This document shows positions 9,516-18,085 of a stretch of 35,296 bases of DNA, one piece after another. How positions within the stretch are numbered: position 1 is the stretch's first letter; each line of letters starts with the position of its first letter. Both the position numbers and the translations under genes were made by a program. Source of the stretch: a virus (Duplodnaviria > Caudoviricetes); IMG/VR virus record IMGVR_UViG_3300020045_018213, positions 1 to 35,296 of that record; one strand, given 5' to 3'. A model generated the notes under the pieces. It was not told where the DNA came from, ran no database searches, and saw nothing but the letters and a program-made list of their open reading frames with translations.

Positions 9516-9527
9516 ACTAGTCTCCTA

Positions 9528-9992
9528 TCAACTGCCAGCTGTAAAGAAAACACCAGCAGTCAACTCGAAATCAATGCCGCTCGGAGTCATCACAGCGTCA
9601 AACATTGTCATCGGAATGATGTTGGCGTCAGTGCCAGCAGTAGTGTCGCTGTCGTAGCACACCAGGATTTTACTGATTGCATTGCCTGCTGCAGCTGCCC
9701 ACAGCGTAGTCGGAAGACTGCGGCTGTTGGTGTTAGCAGTGTCATCCGGTGCTGGGATGGCGACCAACTGCGCATCCGTCAATGTCTTGCGCCCCATCGT
9801 GGCCTGCTCGTTGGTGGTGCCCGACAAAAAGGCTGCCAGCGTGTCCGCGTCAATCAGAACAGCGTCGGTTTCCAGGCCAGCCGTCTCGATCGGAATGAGA
9901 AGGATAGCGCTGTTCGCCGGGTCATTGTTCTTAACCCGGTCATACAGTTCGTTGACCCGGCCTTTGGAAATGTTGAAGACAATGTTTGCCAT
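9528..9992 (-). CDS. Hypothetical structural protein
   Basis: 154 aa, TAAGGA RBS, directly after the portal. Confidence 0.6.
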   Translation of the reverse strand: MANIVFNISKGRVNELYDRVKNNDPANSAILLIPIETAGLETDAVLIDADTLAAFLSGTTNEQATMGRKTLTDAQLVAIPAPDDTANTNSRSLPTTLWAAAAGNAISKILVCYDSDTTAGTDANIIPMTMFDAVMTPSGIDFELTAGVFFTAGS

Positions 9993-10001
9993 GGAGATTC
10001 C

Positions 10002-12362
10002 TTAATTCACAGTCGTCGAAATGGGGTGAGACTCCCAGCCGGAGTCAGTTTTTACAAGCCGTTTTGCTGTGTTGACTTGCGCCAGTGCGGTGCGCAACAG
10101 TTCGGGAAGGGAGGTAAGGATACGCTCGACGCCATCTTCCTTCTCTTCCGGCTCGGAGGCTTCCTTCGAAGGCTTTGCACTGGCATCTTGCACTGCTGTG
10201 ACAGCTCGCTTTTGCTTGTCTGCCAGGTCTTGCTGCGCTCGCTTGTGAGTGTCTTGGACCTTGCGTTCCTGCATGGCCAGTTTTTCCGAGGCAAGCTGTT
10301 CCCGCAGAGCGATTTCCTGCATGTCGAAGCGCTTTTGCATTGCGAGTGACTGCTCGTCGAAGTGCTGTTGCAGTTCCTGCTCTTTCTGAGCTGCTGCTTG
10401 TGACAGCTTGAGCATCGCTTTGTCCTGCTCAAGCTTGGCGCGCTCTTGCTGTGCCTTCTGCACTTCCTGCTGCAACTGCTTCTGCGCGGCTTCCAGTTCA
10501 GGGGAAGACTTTTGCTGAGGTGCCGGCGGCTTCATTTCTTTGAGCAGGTCCTCGAGCTCTGGCCCAAAGCGGAAGCGGCGGACAATTGCCAGCAACATGC
10601 CGGAGGCGACCTCAAAGGGCATGGCACCCTCCTGTACCAGCGGGCTGACACCGTTGAGGAACTGACTGATTGCGTTGAGCAGTTCAGCGATGTTCTGCTT
10701 ATCCTCGGTGGCCTCGGCGTCGACAGTCGAGTTGGTCTCAATATCGATACGGAAGCTGCGCTGGAGGTCGTTCTGCAGCAGTTTGAGGATATCCGTCCAG
10801 GAAGGCTGTTGAGCAATCTTGACGATTTCTGGGGGAGGCTGCTGGCCGGTCAGGACAAGCTGCTGAATTTGTGCCAGCACTTGTTGCTTCTGAGCACCTG
10901 TGGGAATTGGGAGCCCGGTCATAGCCTGCAGCGTGTCTTCCGACAGCTTCGTGACAGCAATTTCCAGCAGCAACCGCAGACAGTCGCGTGCATAACGGCC
11001 GACTTCCTTTTGCATCCGCTTGAGTCGCAGAGTACCCCACTGGTTCTTGAGTTGCTGGGCTCCGAGGGTCTCAGAAGCCTGGGAACTGCCCCGCATGATG
11101 TCAGCAATGCCTGTGATTTCATAAATCACTTGCTTGACTTGGTTACGCTGGAGGTAGAGTTGCTGGAGGACAACGACCAGCTTCTCAATCGGCAGCAGCC
11201 AGATGGCCTTTTCCAGGGCATTGCCGTTGGCCAGCATGGCTGCGACGTTGTCGGCGGGGACAAGGATGTTGTCATCAGCCTCCATGACCTTGTCGATGCC
11301 TTGGACAGTGGCGTCATACATACCACGGACCTTGAGCGCGCTGACAAGCTTGTTGATCCGGGTCGTGACGCGGTTGAGTTCCTTGGCCTGTTCCTCATAC
11401 ATGCGGTAGAGGTTGACAGGGACCAGCGTGCTGATCTTGGGGAGCAGAGTCAGTGGCTTCGGGCAATTAAAGAAACCTGACAGCTTCAACGGGTCGTCAA
11501 TGACCTTGAGAGGGGCGTCTTTCCAGTTCGGGGTGATGAACAGTACGCGCCGAGTGGTCTTGTCCCAGATTTCATGCACCATGGCAACTTTGGTGCCTTT
11601 GGCGCCTTCAGGAGCTTTGCCGGTGTCGTCATCTTCGCGACCTGGCTCTGCCACAGGCACCAGCGAACCGGCAGGGCCGAAGTTTTGCTCCAGCTCTTCC
11701 TTCGTCATGAAGTGGGTGTAGTCAACCCAAGGGACGTCCTTCCACTTCTTGGCATAGCCGTGCAGAAACCGGTCCCACGGGACTTCCTCGCCACAAGCGC
11801 TTTCATAGGTGACCTTTTCCGGGTCAGCGGCGATGTGACCCTCAGCCTCCGCATCTTCATCCGGGTCAACGACAGCGCCGGAAGTTTCCGCGGCTTCGGC
11901 TGCCTTTTCGTTTTGCAGCTTTTCAAACACCGCCTCGTACTTAAACTTGGTCACCCCGCGGCCAGGGACCAGGGCTTCCAGCGTGGCGGACTTGAGCAGT
12001 TCGTCGAAGGTCGAGTACTCCGACATACCGTCGTCCAGCAAGTACTCCAGCACCCGTTGACCGGCCTTGGCTGCGAGAGCCCCGAGCGGATCGGCGTCTT
12101 TGAAACGGCGCTGCACCACAGGACGCGGTGTGGTGTTGTACAGAGCTGGGGACAGGGTCTCCGTGTTGGAGTAGAGGATGTTGAACTGGTAGGCCTCTTT
12201 CTTCTCCCCCTCGTAGAGTTCCACGACAGCATCACCTTGCTTGCGGAAGTCTTTTTCCCGCTGCAGCGCGGCGTCGATTTCCCCGAGCCAGTGCTTGACA
12301 AGCTCCGCTTGCTTTTGCGCGAGGTCTTCTTCGGAGCCGGTAGCTGCTACGTCAAGGTTCAT
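10002..12362 (-). CDS. Portal protein (P22-like, long C-terminal coiled coil)
   Basis: 786 aa after TerL; YEITGIADIMRG...ETLGAQQ motif; Q/K/E-rich coiled-coil tail. Confidence 0.85.
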   Translation of the reverse strand: MNLDVAATGSEEDLAQKQAELVKHWLGEIDAALQREKDFRKQGDAVVELYEGEKKEAYQFNILYSNTETLSPALYNTTPRPVVQRRFKDADPLGALAAKAGQRVLEYLLDDGMSEYSTFDELLKSATLEALVPGRGVTKFKYEAVFEKLQNEKAAEAAETSGAVVDPDEDAEAEGHIAADPEKVTYESACGEEVPWDRFLHGYAKKWKDVPWVDYTHFMTKEELEQNFGPAGSLVPVAEPGREDDDTGKAPEGAKGTKVAMVHEIWDKTTRRVLFITPNWKDAPLKVIDDPLKLSGFFNCPKPLTLLPKISTLVPVNLYRMYEEQAKELNRVTTRINKLVSALKVRGMYDATVQGIDKVMEADDNILVPADNVAAMLANGNALEKAIWLLPIEKLVVVLQQLYLQRNQVKQVIYEITGIADIMRGSSQASETLGAQQLKNQWGTLRLKRMQKEVGRYARDCLRLLLEIAVTKLSEDTLQAMTGLPIPTGAQKQQVLAQIQQLVLTGQQPPPEIVKIAQQPSWTDILKLLQNDLQRSFRIDIETNSTVDAEATEDKQNIAELLNAISQFLNGVSPLVQEGAMPFEVASGMLLAIVRRFRFGPELEDLLKEMKPPAPQQKSSPELEAAQKQLQQEVQKAQQERAKLEQDKAMLKLSQAAAQKEQELQQHFDEQSLAMQKRFDMQEIALREQLASEKLAMQERKVQDTHKRAQQDLADKQKRAVTAVQDASAKPSKEASEPEEKEDGVERILTSLPELLRTALAQVNTAKRLVKTDSGWESHPISTTVN

Positions 12363-12377
12363 GGGTCACCTGGGTGG

Positions 12378-13859
12378 TTAGTCGGCGGTCGCCTGAATGC
12401 GTCGCTGGCGGAGCTGCTCGACGAGTTCGTTGATGGTAAATTCCCCTGGCAAACGGGGCAAGCCGGAGCCTTGGGGAGCGGCGGGGCGGGGCTGCCAGGG
12501 GCGGGACATGACAGCATATCGCGTCTCATCGTAAGCGTGGTCTTCGGCCTCGGTATCGACGTCTTCGGGGTCGGTTTCGTCGTGCTGAAGTACCGGGATG
12601 GTCCGGATGCTGTCGTTGCAGCAGTCGAGGAAGTACAGCATGGGCAAGCCGTTTTCCCCGACAAGTCGCTGTCGCATAGCCTCAGCCCCGGCCTTGCGCT
12701 TGTTATCCGCCCGGCGCCAGCTACAGCGATGTACCGCCATGCTTTCGGCGATCGAAGGCCCGCCGTCGCGGACGTAGATCGAAGGGTCGGCAACGCCGTA
12801 GTTGATCCGCTCGGCCTTTTCCCGCTCCCAGACGCCCTTTGCGACCAGATCAGCCGTCATCTTGAGGCCTTTGTTCGGCCCGCTCGCGCCGTACCACTCA
12901 CGGTACTTGATCATTGCGCCCTTCGGCAGCAGCCGGTCCGACAGCAGGAGGTCCTTGTCAAGCAGGGCGTACCAGCCCACTGAAAAAGGCTTGGCAGAGC
13001 CCCAGTCGAATGCCCGGAACCGGGTTAGGTTAGCCCCAAGCTGCGGCAGCACTAGTTGTGTCGACAGCACGTGCTTTTCTTCATCCCACTCATCGAAGAA
13101 GGCCCCGTCGATGATATCCCAGTTGCCCTCCAGCCATGCTTTGACCAGCTGTTCGGAGCCGGACTGGCGGAGCCGCAGGACATACGTCGGGTCGTTCCGC
13201 ATCAGGAGCTGATTGTCCCCCAGCTTCGAAGGAATAAACACGCGATCGAGGGAGACTGTCCGCTTAACCCCGTCGATCACGACTTCGCAATCTTCGACGA
13301 TGACCTTGAAGCCCCCCGGTGCCGGGTCGATATAGCGGGCCTTTACCCAATTATGCCCCGGGCCACCAGGGTTGCCAGTAAGCCGCATGCCAGTAGGAAC
13401 GCCAGCACCACTACGCAGTGTTGCGCGCAGCTTGTCAATCGGGCTGGAGTGAGGGAAGTTTGTAAGCTCCTCCACATAGATGCGGGTGTAGGAGTGGCCT
13501 TGGTACTCTTCAGCATCAGAATCCCTTTCGAGGTAGGCAAATTTCAGCCGAGCGCCGTTCGCCATTGTCCAGGTCTTTTGCTGCTCGTTATACTTGCCCC
13601 CGAGCTTGGGGAAGAGCTGCTTGGTGCGGGCGATCACCTCGGCGAGCTGGACAAGCTTGCGCCGGAAGAAGATACCGATGGCGTGCTCGCCGTACTCAGC
13701 AGAGTGCTGCAGCCAGTCACCGATCGAAGACTCTGTCTTCCCCCCACCCCGCGCACCGCCGTAGAAGACCTCGAAGATCGGGCACTCGAGCAGGGCGGTT
13801 TGCGGCCCTTCCTGAGGGGACCATATGACGGTCTGGTCAACTTGCGCGGCGAAGGTCAT
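12378..13859 (-). CDS. terL: Terminase large subunit
   Basis: Walker A GGARGGGKT, Walker B IYVEE, coupling motif TGNPGG, nuclease motifs AFDWG and EDHAYDETRY. Confidence 0.95.
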   Translation of the reverse strand: MTFAAQVDQTVIWSPQEGPQTALLECPIFEVFYGGARGGGKTESSIGDWLQHSAEYGEHAIGIFFRRKLVQLAEVIARTKQLFPKLGGKYNEQQKTWTMANGARLKFAYLERDSDAEEYQGHSYTRIYVEELTNFPHSSPIDKLRATLRSGAGVPTGMRLTGNPGGPGHNWVKARYIDPAPGGFKVIVEDCEVVIDGVKRTVSLDRVFIPSKLGDNQLLMRNDPTYVLRLRQSGSEQLVKAWLEGNWDIIDGAFFDEWDEEKHVLSTQLVLPQLGANLTRFRAFDWGSAKPFSVGWYALLDKDLLLSDRLLPKGAMIKYREWYGASGPNKGLKMTADLVAKGVWEREKAERINYGVADPSIYVRDGGPSIAESMAVHRCSWRRADNKRKAGAEAMRQRLVGENGLPMLYFLDCCNDSIRTIPVLQHDETDPEDVDTEAEDHAYDETRYAVMSRPWQPRPAAPQGSGLPRLPGEFTINELVEQLRQRRIQATAD

Positions 13860-14425
13860 TGGGCCGGGGGAGTTTGCTCAACCACTTTCGCTTCCTCAAC
13901 CATCTGCCTCAGCGCCGGGCTCGTGCCAGTATACCGCTCGGCCCAGGCCCCAGCATCTGCCACCTTCGTCGGCATCGCCACCACGAAGTTCTGCTGCACG
14001 TTCAGATTGTTCTGCCGCGCCCCATACCCCAGGGCCTTTGTAGCCATCCCGGCGGCCTCCATAGCCTGTTCGAAGCTCGGGACCAGTTCCAACTTCTCCA
14101 GCACCACATCCAGGCTCTTCGCCGCAACCGCCCGCAGACGCTCGTCGATCGACAAGCCGATGGCGGGGTCAACCAGATCTGCTTTGCGCTGGGCGAGCCG
14201 GGCCAAGAAGGCGTCGGAGTTCATCACCCGGCTGACCCAGCCAACCGTGTAACCAAAGTGCTTGGCAATGTCGTTCTGCTTGATCGCAGGCGAAGCAATG
14301 ATCAGGTCGATCATTGCGTCATGCGTATACTTGACCCGGTCAATGGCCAGTGCGGCCGAAGTCGTACCTTCGAGCGGCGGGCTCTGGCGTCGAAGGAATT
14401 CTGCGGTAGCTGCTTGAGTGTCCAT
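13856..14425 (-). CDS. Putative terminase small subunit (HTH)
   Basis: HTH-like QNDIAKHFGYTVGWVSRVM; overlaps the terL start (ATGA). Confidence 0.7.
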   Translation of the reverse strand: MDTQAATAEFLRRQSPPLEGTTSAALAIDRVKYTHDAMIDLIIASPAIKQNDIAKHFGYTVGWVSRVMNSDAFLARLAQRKADLVDPAIGLSIDERLRAVAAKSLDVVLEKLELVPSFEQAMEAAGMATKALGYGARQNNLNVQQNFVVAMPTKVADAGAWAERYTGTSPALRQMVEEAKVVEQTPPAQ

Positions 14426-14450
14426 TGGGTTCTCCGGTCACGGAACGGGC

Positions 14451-14479
14451 AGAATAACAGCACTTGTAGTGCTTGTCAA
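14451..14479 (-). promoter_or_regulatory. Sigma70-type late promoter TTGACA-17-TATTCT with palindrome in the spacer
   Basis: -35 at 14479-14474, -10 at 14456-14451; spacer contains AGCACT-n3-AGTGCT. Confidence 0.75.
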
Positions 14480-14511
14480 GCGCCACAGAGTTCCGCCTGT
14501 CGGTTGAAACA

Positions 14512-14541
14512 CCCACGGGTTATTATTGAGTAACCCCCGGA
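14512..14541. repeat. Dispersed palindrome copy 3: CCCACGGGTTA-ttattgag-TAACCCCCGGA
   Basis: Read directly; about 30 bp upstream of the late promoter -35. Confidence 0.85.
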
Positions 14542-14803
14542 TTTTTCACCGGCCCTGGGGGACTATTGGCCGGGGCTCCTTAAGCAAAACCCCGCCGGCA
14601 AACCCCTTTTCGGACTGGCCGTAGTCGGGGCCTGAGAGGGGATGGAAAATAGACCACGCGCGGGGAGGTGTATAGCGGCCTAAACCCCCGCCTGCAGACC
14701 CCCCGGCCTGCCGCAGACCACCCTCCGGTCCCAGTTTGCTGGACAAATACACAGTGTGTCAAGTTTCCCGACTCGCGTCGATTTTCTTTACACTGGTAGA
14801 TCG

Positions 14804-14910
14804 TTGATTTTATTAGAGATTGCTGAGAATGGTGTCGGGATAATTGACAGGTGGCGCATAGACGGCTGAGGGCGTGTGACGTAACCCATTGATTTTGTTA
14901 GAGATTGCTG
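14804..14910. repeat. 22-bp direct repeat TTGATTTT(A/G)TTAGAGATTGCTG x2, overlapping IHF-like sites
   Basis: Copies at 14804-14825 and 14889-14910 (21/22 identical); minus strand reads AATCAAtgggTTA and AATCAAcgatCTA versus IHF consensus WATCAANNNNTTR. Confidence 0.75.
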
Positions 14911-14992
14911 GTCAGGCACGGGGCTTGCTAATATGTGACCAGCCCCGGCATGTCGCCGGCGGCGCAACCCGTAACACAATGAGGTTATTGAC

Positions 14993-15520
14993 ATGACAAA
15001 CGCAACCAAAACCCCCGCCATCGCCGCTGACATTGTCGGCCTGGATAGCGGCAACCCCGGCCTCGAGCTGGTGTTTGGCAACGGCCGCAGGCTGGCAATT
15101 TATGCCCGCGATATCACCACCACCGTGGCCGAATATGCAATGATGCACGGCCTCAAGCAGAAATTGGTCGATGCGGCAGCAATCAGCCGCAATACCGACA
15201 CAGGCCGGGCCGCGTCGATTGATGACAAATACGAGGCCGTGGCGGAGGTCCATGCGCGCCTGCTGTCCGGCCAATGGAACAAAACCCGCGAAGGTGGCGG
15301 TGCCACGGGTGGCCTGCTGTTCCGCGCCCTGTGCCGCATGTACGACGGCAAAAAGACCCCGGAGGCCTTGCGGGAATTTTTGGATGGCAAGACCGATGCC
15401 GAGAAGGCCGCGTTGCGCAAAAATTCCAAGGTCGCGGCTATCATTGAGGCCATCCGCGCGGAAAGCGCCAAACCCGACGGGACCGATGCCGATGCCCTGC
15501 TGGGTGAGTTGGACGACTAA
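14993..15520 (+). CDS. Early hypothetical protein, paralogue A
   Basis: 175 aa, GAGG RBS, clear similarity to 17081-17629. Confidence 0.85.
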   Translation: MTNATKTPAIAADIVGLDSGNPGLELVFGNGRRLAIYARDITTTVAEYAMMHGLKQKLVDAAAISRNTDTGRAASIDDKYEAVAEVHARLLSGQWNKTREGGGATGGLLFRALCRMYDGKKTPEALREFLDGKTDAEKAALRKNSKVAAIIEAIRAESAKPDGTDADALLGELDD

Positions 15521-15532
15521 CATCAATGCGCA

Positions 15533-15586
15533 GGCGATAGGCAAAACCTATCGCCCTTTTTCCAGCCCGGTCCGCCGGGCTTTTTT
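15533..15586 (+). terminator. Tandem rho-independent terminators
   Basis: GGCGATAGG/CCTATCGCC + T5, then AGCCCGG/CCGGGCT + T run. Confidence 0.85.
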
Positions 15587-15779
15587 GTGCCTGAATGGTA
15601 ATTGTAACAATTGTAACCGACGGCGCGTTTAAACGCGTTTTGGCGGGCAATCGGTCGAGCTGGGGGGTTAGTACCGGGTTTGAAAAACGATGCAACCACG
15701 GCCCGATGCGGGGCATTGGCGGGGATTTGTACCATCGGCAAACCATGCCAAAACCCCTCGTCCACGGCACCGCAAACCA

Positions 15780-15809
15780 CCGGGGGATTATCCGCCCATA
15801 ACGCACTGG
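15780..15809. repeat. Dispersed palindrome copy 4: CCGGGGGATTA-tccgccca-TAACGCACTGG
   Basis: Read directly in non-coding region. Confidence 0.75.
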
Positions 15810-15869
15810 TTTTTCCTGCAATCGCCCTGCGTGCGCCTGTGGTTGCCCTAGCGTGCGGTCTGGCGGTAG

Positions 15870-16048
15870 CCCTCAAAACGTCCGGGTATTTTCTGTTTTT
15901 CATGTTGCGGTGACCCCTCCCCCCTCTTCCGTCCTCCCGATAGTCCCTCCCTATCAATATTTTTTTTTAATAGCCGCCGATACAGAAGGGTCTAGGGGGG
16001 GGGGTCACGATAACACGGAAAACAGGCTTTATCCGATGGTTTTGAGGG
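15870..16048. repeat. Long imperfect inverted repeat (54-bp arms) around an AT-rich core; candidate origin or structured RNA
   Basis: 15870-15923 versus reverse complement of 15995-16048: 40/54 identical without gaps (hand count); core contains TATCAATATTTTTTTTTAATA. Confidence 0.8.
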
Positions 16049-16193
16049 GGTATTTGAGCGCAACACCAGCGCGATTGCCGCATACTCCGGCGATAATGGT
16101 TGACAACTGAGGGGTAGGGGGTTATGGTGGTGGTGTTTGGCTTAACGATCCCCAGCCAACGACCCCCTGTGTTTTTAACTGAAAGGATTCCCA

Positions 16194-16613
16194 ATGACTG
16201 AGATTGACGTACTGCAGAATGTCTGGCGCAAGGCACTGGACCAGCCCCAGGGCATTACCATCCCCTGCAAGAGTAAAGGAGAGGCGATCCGCCTGCGAAT
16301 GGCACTGTACCGGGTGGCGAAAGCCGCGCGGCAGGCAGATGCCTCGGTGGATGGGAAACTCCGCCAAGCTGTGATGGAATGTGGGGTTAGTCTTTCCGGG
16401 GCTGATGGTGCGACGGTGACTGTGGCGAACAAGGCGAATAGTCAGATGATGCAATCGGTGCTTGCGGTGCTCGGGCAAGTGGAAGACAAATCCGCGGAAG
16501 ACCTGATGATTCAAGAGTCGCAGGACAAACTGCTGCAGAAACTGGCCGGGCTTGAGCCAGATGCCCCGGCGGAGCAGCCCGCGACACGTTCGACACCTTA
16601 CTACACCCGCTGA
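16194..16613 (+). CDS. Hypothetical protein
   Basis: 139 aa, AAGGA RBS. Confidence 0.75.
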   Translation: MTEIDVLQNVWRKALDQPQGITIPCKSKGEAIRLRMALYRVAKAARQADASVDGKLRQAVMECGVSLSGADGATVTVANKANSQMMQSVLAVLGQVEDKSAEDLMIQESQDKLLQKLAGLEPDAPAEQPATRSTPYYTR

Positions 16614-16615
16614 CC

Positions 16616-16942
16616 ATGCCACGGACGAAGGTTAAACCACCGAATCGGTATCTGGCCAGTTGGCATGATGCGCTCAACTATCTGGCAGTTGGGGATGTAA
16701 GGCCGGATGGGCGCAGCGTACTGCTGCAGAGCTTTGGTAATGAAAAGGAAGCCCGGACTGCGCACTTCAAAGCCCGGTCCATGCGGGCATCGGTGAGGGA
16801 GTATCCGGGGTGGCCAGCAGCTGTCCGGCAGATGGTACTGGCAGGTGAACTGTCGTTCTATCGTGATGGTCAGAGGCTTTATGCCCACCGATCCCCGGCC
16901 CTCACGCCGCTGAGCCAGATAGTCGCAAATATTCCAAAGTGA
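16616..16942 (+). CDS. Hypothetical protein
   Basis: 108 aa, abuts the previous gene. Confidence 0.65.
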   Translation: MPRTKVKPPNRYLASWHDALNYLAVGDVRPDGRSVLLQSFGNEKEARTAHFKARSMRASVREYPGWPAAVRQMVLAGELSFYRDGQRLYAHRSPALTPLSQIVANIPK

Positions 16943-16955
16943 TGCAAAAAACCAC

Positions 16956-16984
16956 TTGACAGGCTTCGCCCGCCTCCGCATACT
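16956..16984 (+). promoter_or_regulatory. Sigma70-type promoter TTGACA-17-CATACT
   Basis: Consensus -35, 17-nt spacer, A-tract upstream. Confidence 0.8.
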
Positions 16985-17080
16985 ACACACAACGCGGCGC
17001 AATGTTGGACAATTTAGGCAGTGCCCGACAGTTCCGCGTCAACCCCCTTAGCACTGCCTGCAACACCCTGGAGATTTCTC

Positions 17081-17629
17081 ATGGCCGAAGCCAACCAAAA
17101 AACCCAAGTCGAGACCGTGGAGATGACCGATGGTCGTCTGGTCGATTTCGCGGGCAAGCGCAAGCTGCTCAAGGAAAGCATCCTCGGCGCCGACGGCACC
17201 GTGCAGGTCCGCCTCGACTTCCGCAATGGCGAAACCCGCCTGTTCACCGTGCCGGGCGTGATGCTGGGCAAGTTCGCCGCTCACGGCGCCGAGCAAAAGC
17301 TGGGCGATGAGATCGCCGGTCTGGATGATGTGGGCGACTGCGTGCTGGCCATCGACGAGCTGGTCGACCGCCTGTACAACGGCGAGTGGGGCATCAAGCG
17401 CGAAGCCAACGGCATGGCCGGCACCAGCGTGCTGCTGAAGGCCCTGGTCGAGCACACCGGCAAGACGGTGGAGCAGATCAAGGCGTTCCTGGCCAACAAG
17501 ACGCAGGCGGAAAAGGTCGCCCTGCGCAACAACCCCAAGGTCAAGCCCATCGTGCAGCGCATCGAGGAAGAGAAGGCCGCCAAGGGCAGCAAGGTCGACA
17601 CCGACGCGATGCTGGGCGAGCTGGGCTGA
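17081..17629 (+). CDS. Early hypothetical protein, paralogue B (probably highly expressed)
   Basis: ATG at 17081 with GGAG RBS; strong C/G3 bias; similar to 14993-15520. Confidence 0.85.
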   Translation: MAEANQKTQVETVEMTDGRLVDFAGKRKLLKESILGADGTVQVRLDFRNGETRLFTVPGVMLGKFAAHGAEQKLGDEIAGLDDVGDCVLAIDELVDRLYNGEWGIKREANGMAGTSVLLKALVEHTGKTVEQIKAFLANKTQAEKVALRNNPKVKPIVQRIEEEKAAKGSKVDTDAMLGELG

Positions 17630-17691
17630 TCCAGCAAAACCTGGGCTGGTGGGTGTCACCAGTCTGACGCCGGTGAATAGAACCGGGCCGG

Positions 17692-17724
17692 ACGCCTGCG
17701 GATTACCTCCCCGCAGGCGTTTGT
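17692..17724 (+). terminator. Probable terminator hairpin
   Basis: 10-bp stem ACGCCTGCGG/CCGCAGGCGT followed by TTGT (weak U tract). Confidence 0.55.
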
Positions 17725-17774
17725 GCTTGGCGCTGGCGGATGGTAAGTGATAGTGGCCGGGACGCAGTGCTTGG

Positions 17775-17810
17775 TTGACGCCGGGGGATTATTGTGAGAT
17801 AATACCGGGG
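17775..17810 (+). promoter_or_regulatory. Sigma70-type promoter TTGACG-17-GATAAT overlapped by palindrome copy 5 (17781-17810)
   Basis: CCGGGGGATTA-ttgtgaga-TAATACCGGGG begins immediately after the -35 and covers the -10. Confidence 0.85.
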
Positions 17811-17863
17811 TGAATGGATAAACCATCACCCGTTAAGGCCCGGCAGGCCTAGGAGGTTTGGTA

Positions 17864-18076
17864 ATGAAAGCTTACAAAGCAAAGAACGGGGAGCAGCAGT
17901 TCATGCCCTCGGTCGAGGAACTTCAAGACATGGATGATGATGGGGAAGGGTTCTGCCTTGCCTGCGGCAACACACAGCCGGCTGAGCCGGATGCGGTGCG
18001 GTATGAGTGTGAGACCTGTGGTGCCCATAAGGTTTATGGTGCCGCGGAGCTGGCGCTCTTGGGCCTTGCACATTAA
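17864..18076 (+). CDS. Small zinc-finger protein
   Basis: GFCLACG...EPDA..Y.CETCG...VYG (2x CxxC); AGGAGG RBS. Confidence 0.8.
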   Translation: MKAYKAKNGEQQFMPSVEELQDMDDDGEGFCLACGNTQPAEPDAVRYECETCGAHKVYGAAELALLGLAH

Positions 18077-18085
18077 GGAGCAATC

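Noticed and set aside
9917-9939. CCGGGTCA-N7-TAACCCGG as a ninth palindrome copy
   Set aside because: 7-nt spacer and TCA instead of TTA; may be chance within coding sequence
14844-14872. TTGACA as promoter for paralogue A
   Set aside because: No acceptable -10 at 16-18 nt; an extended -10 (TGcTAATAT, about 14926-14934) is possible but unproven
15521-16190. Short ORFs in the large intergenic region
   Set aside because: No RBS, low-complexity translations, overlap terminators and inverted repeats
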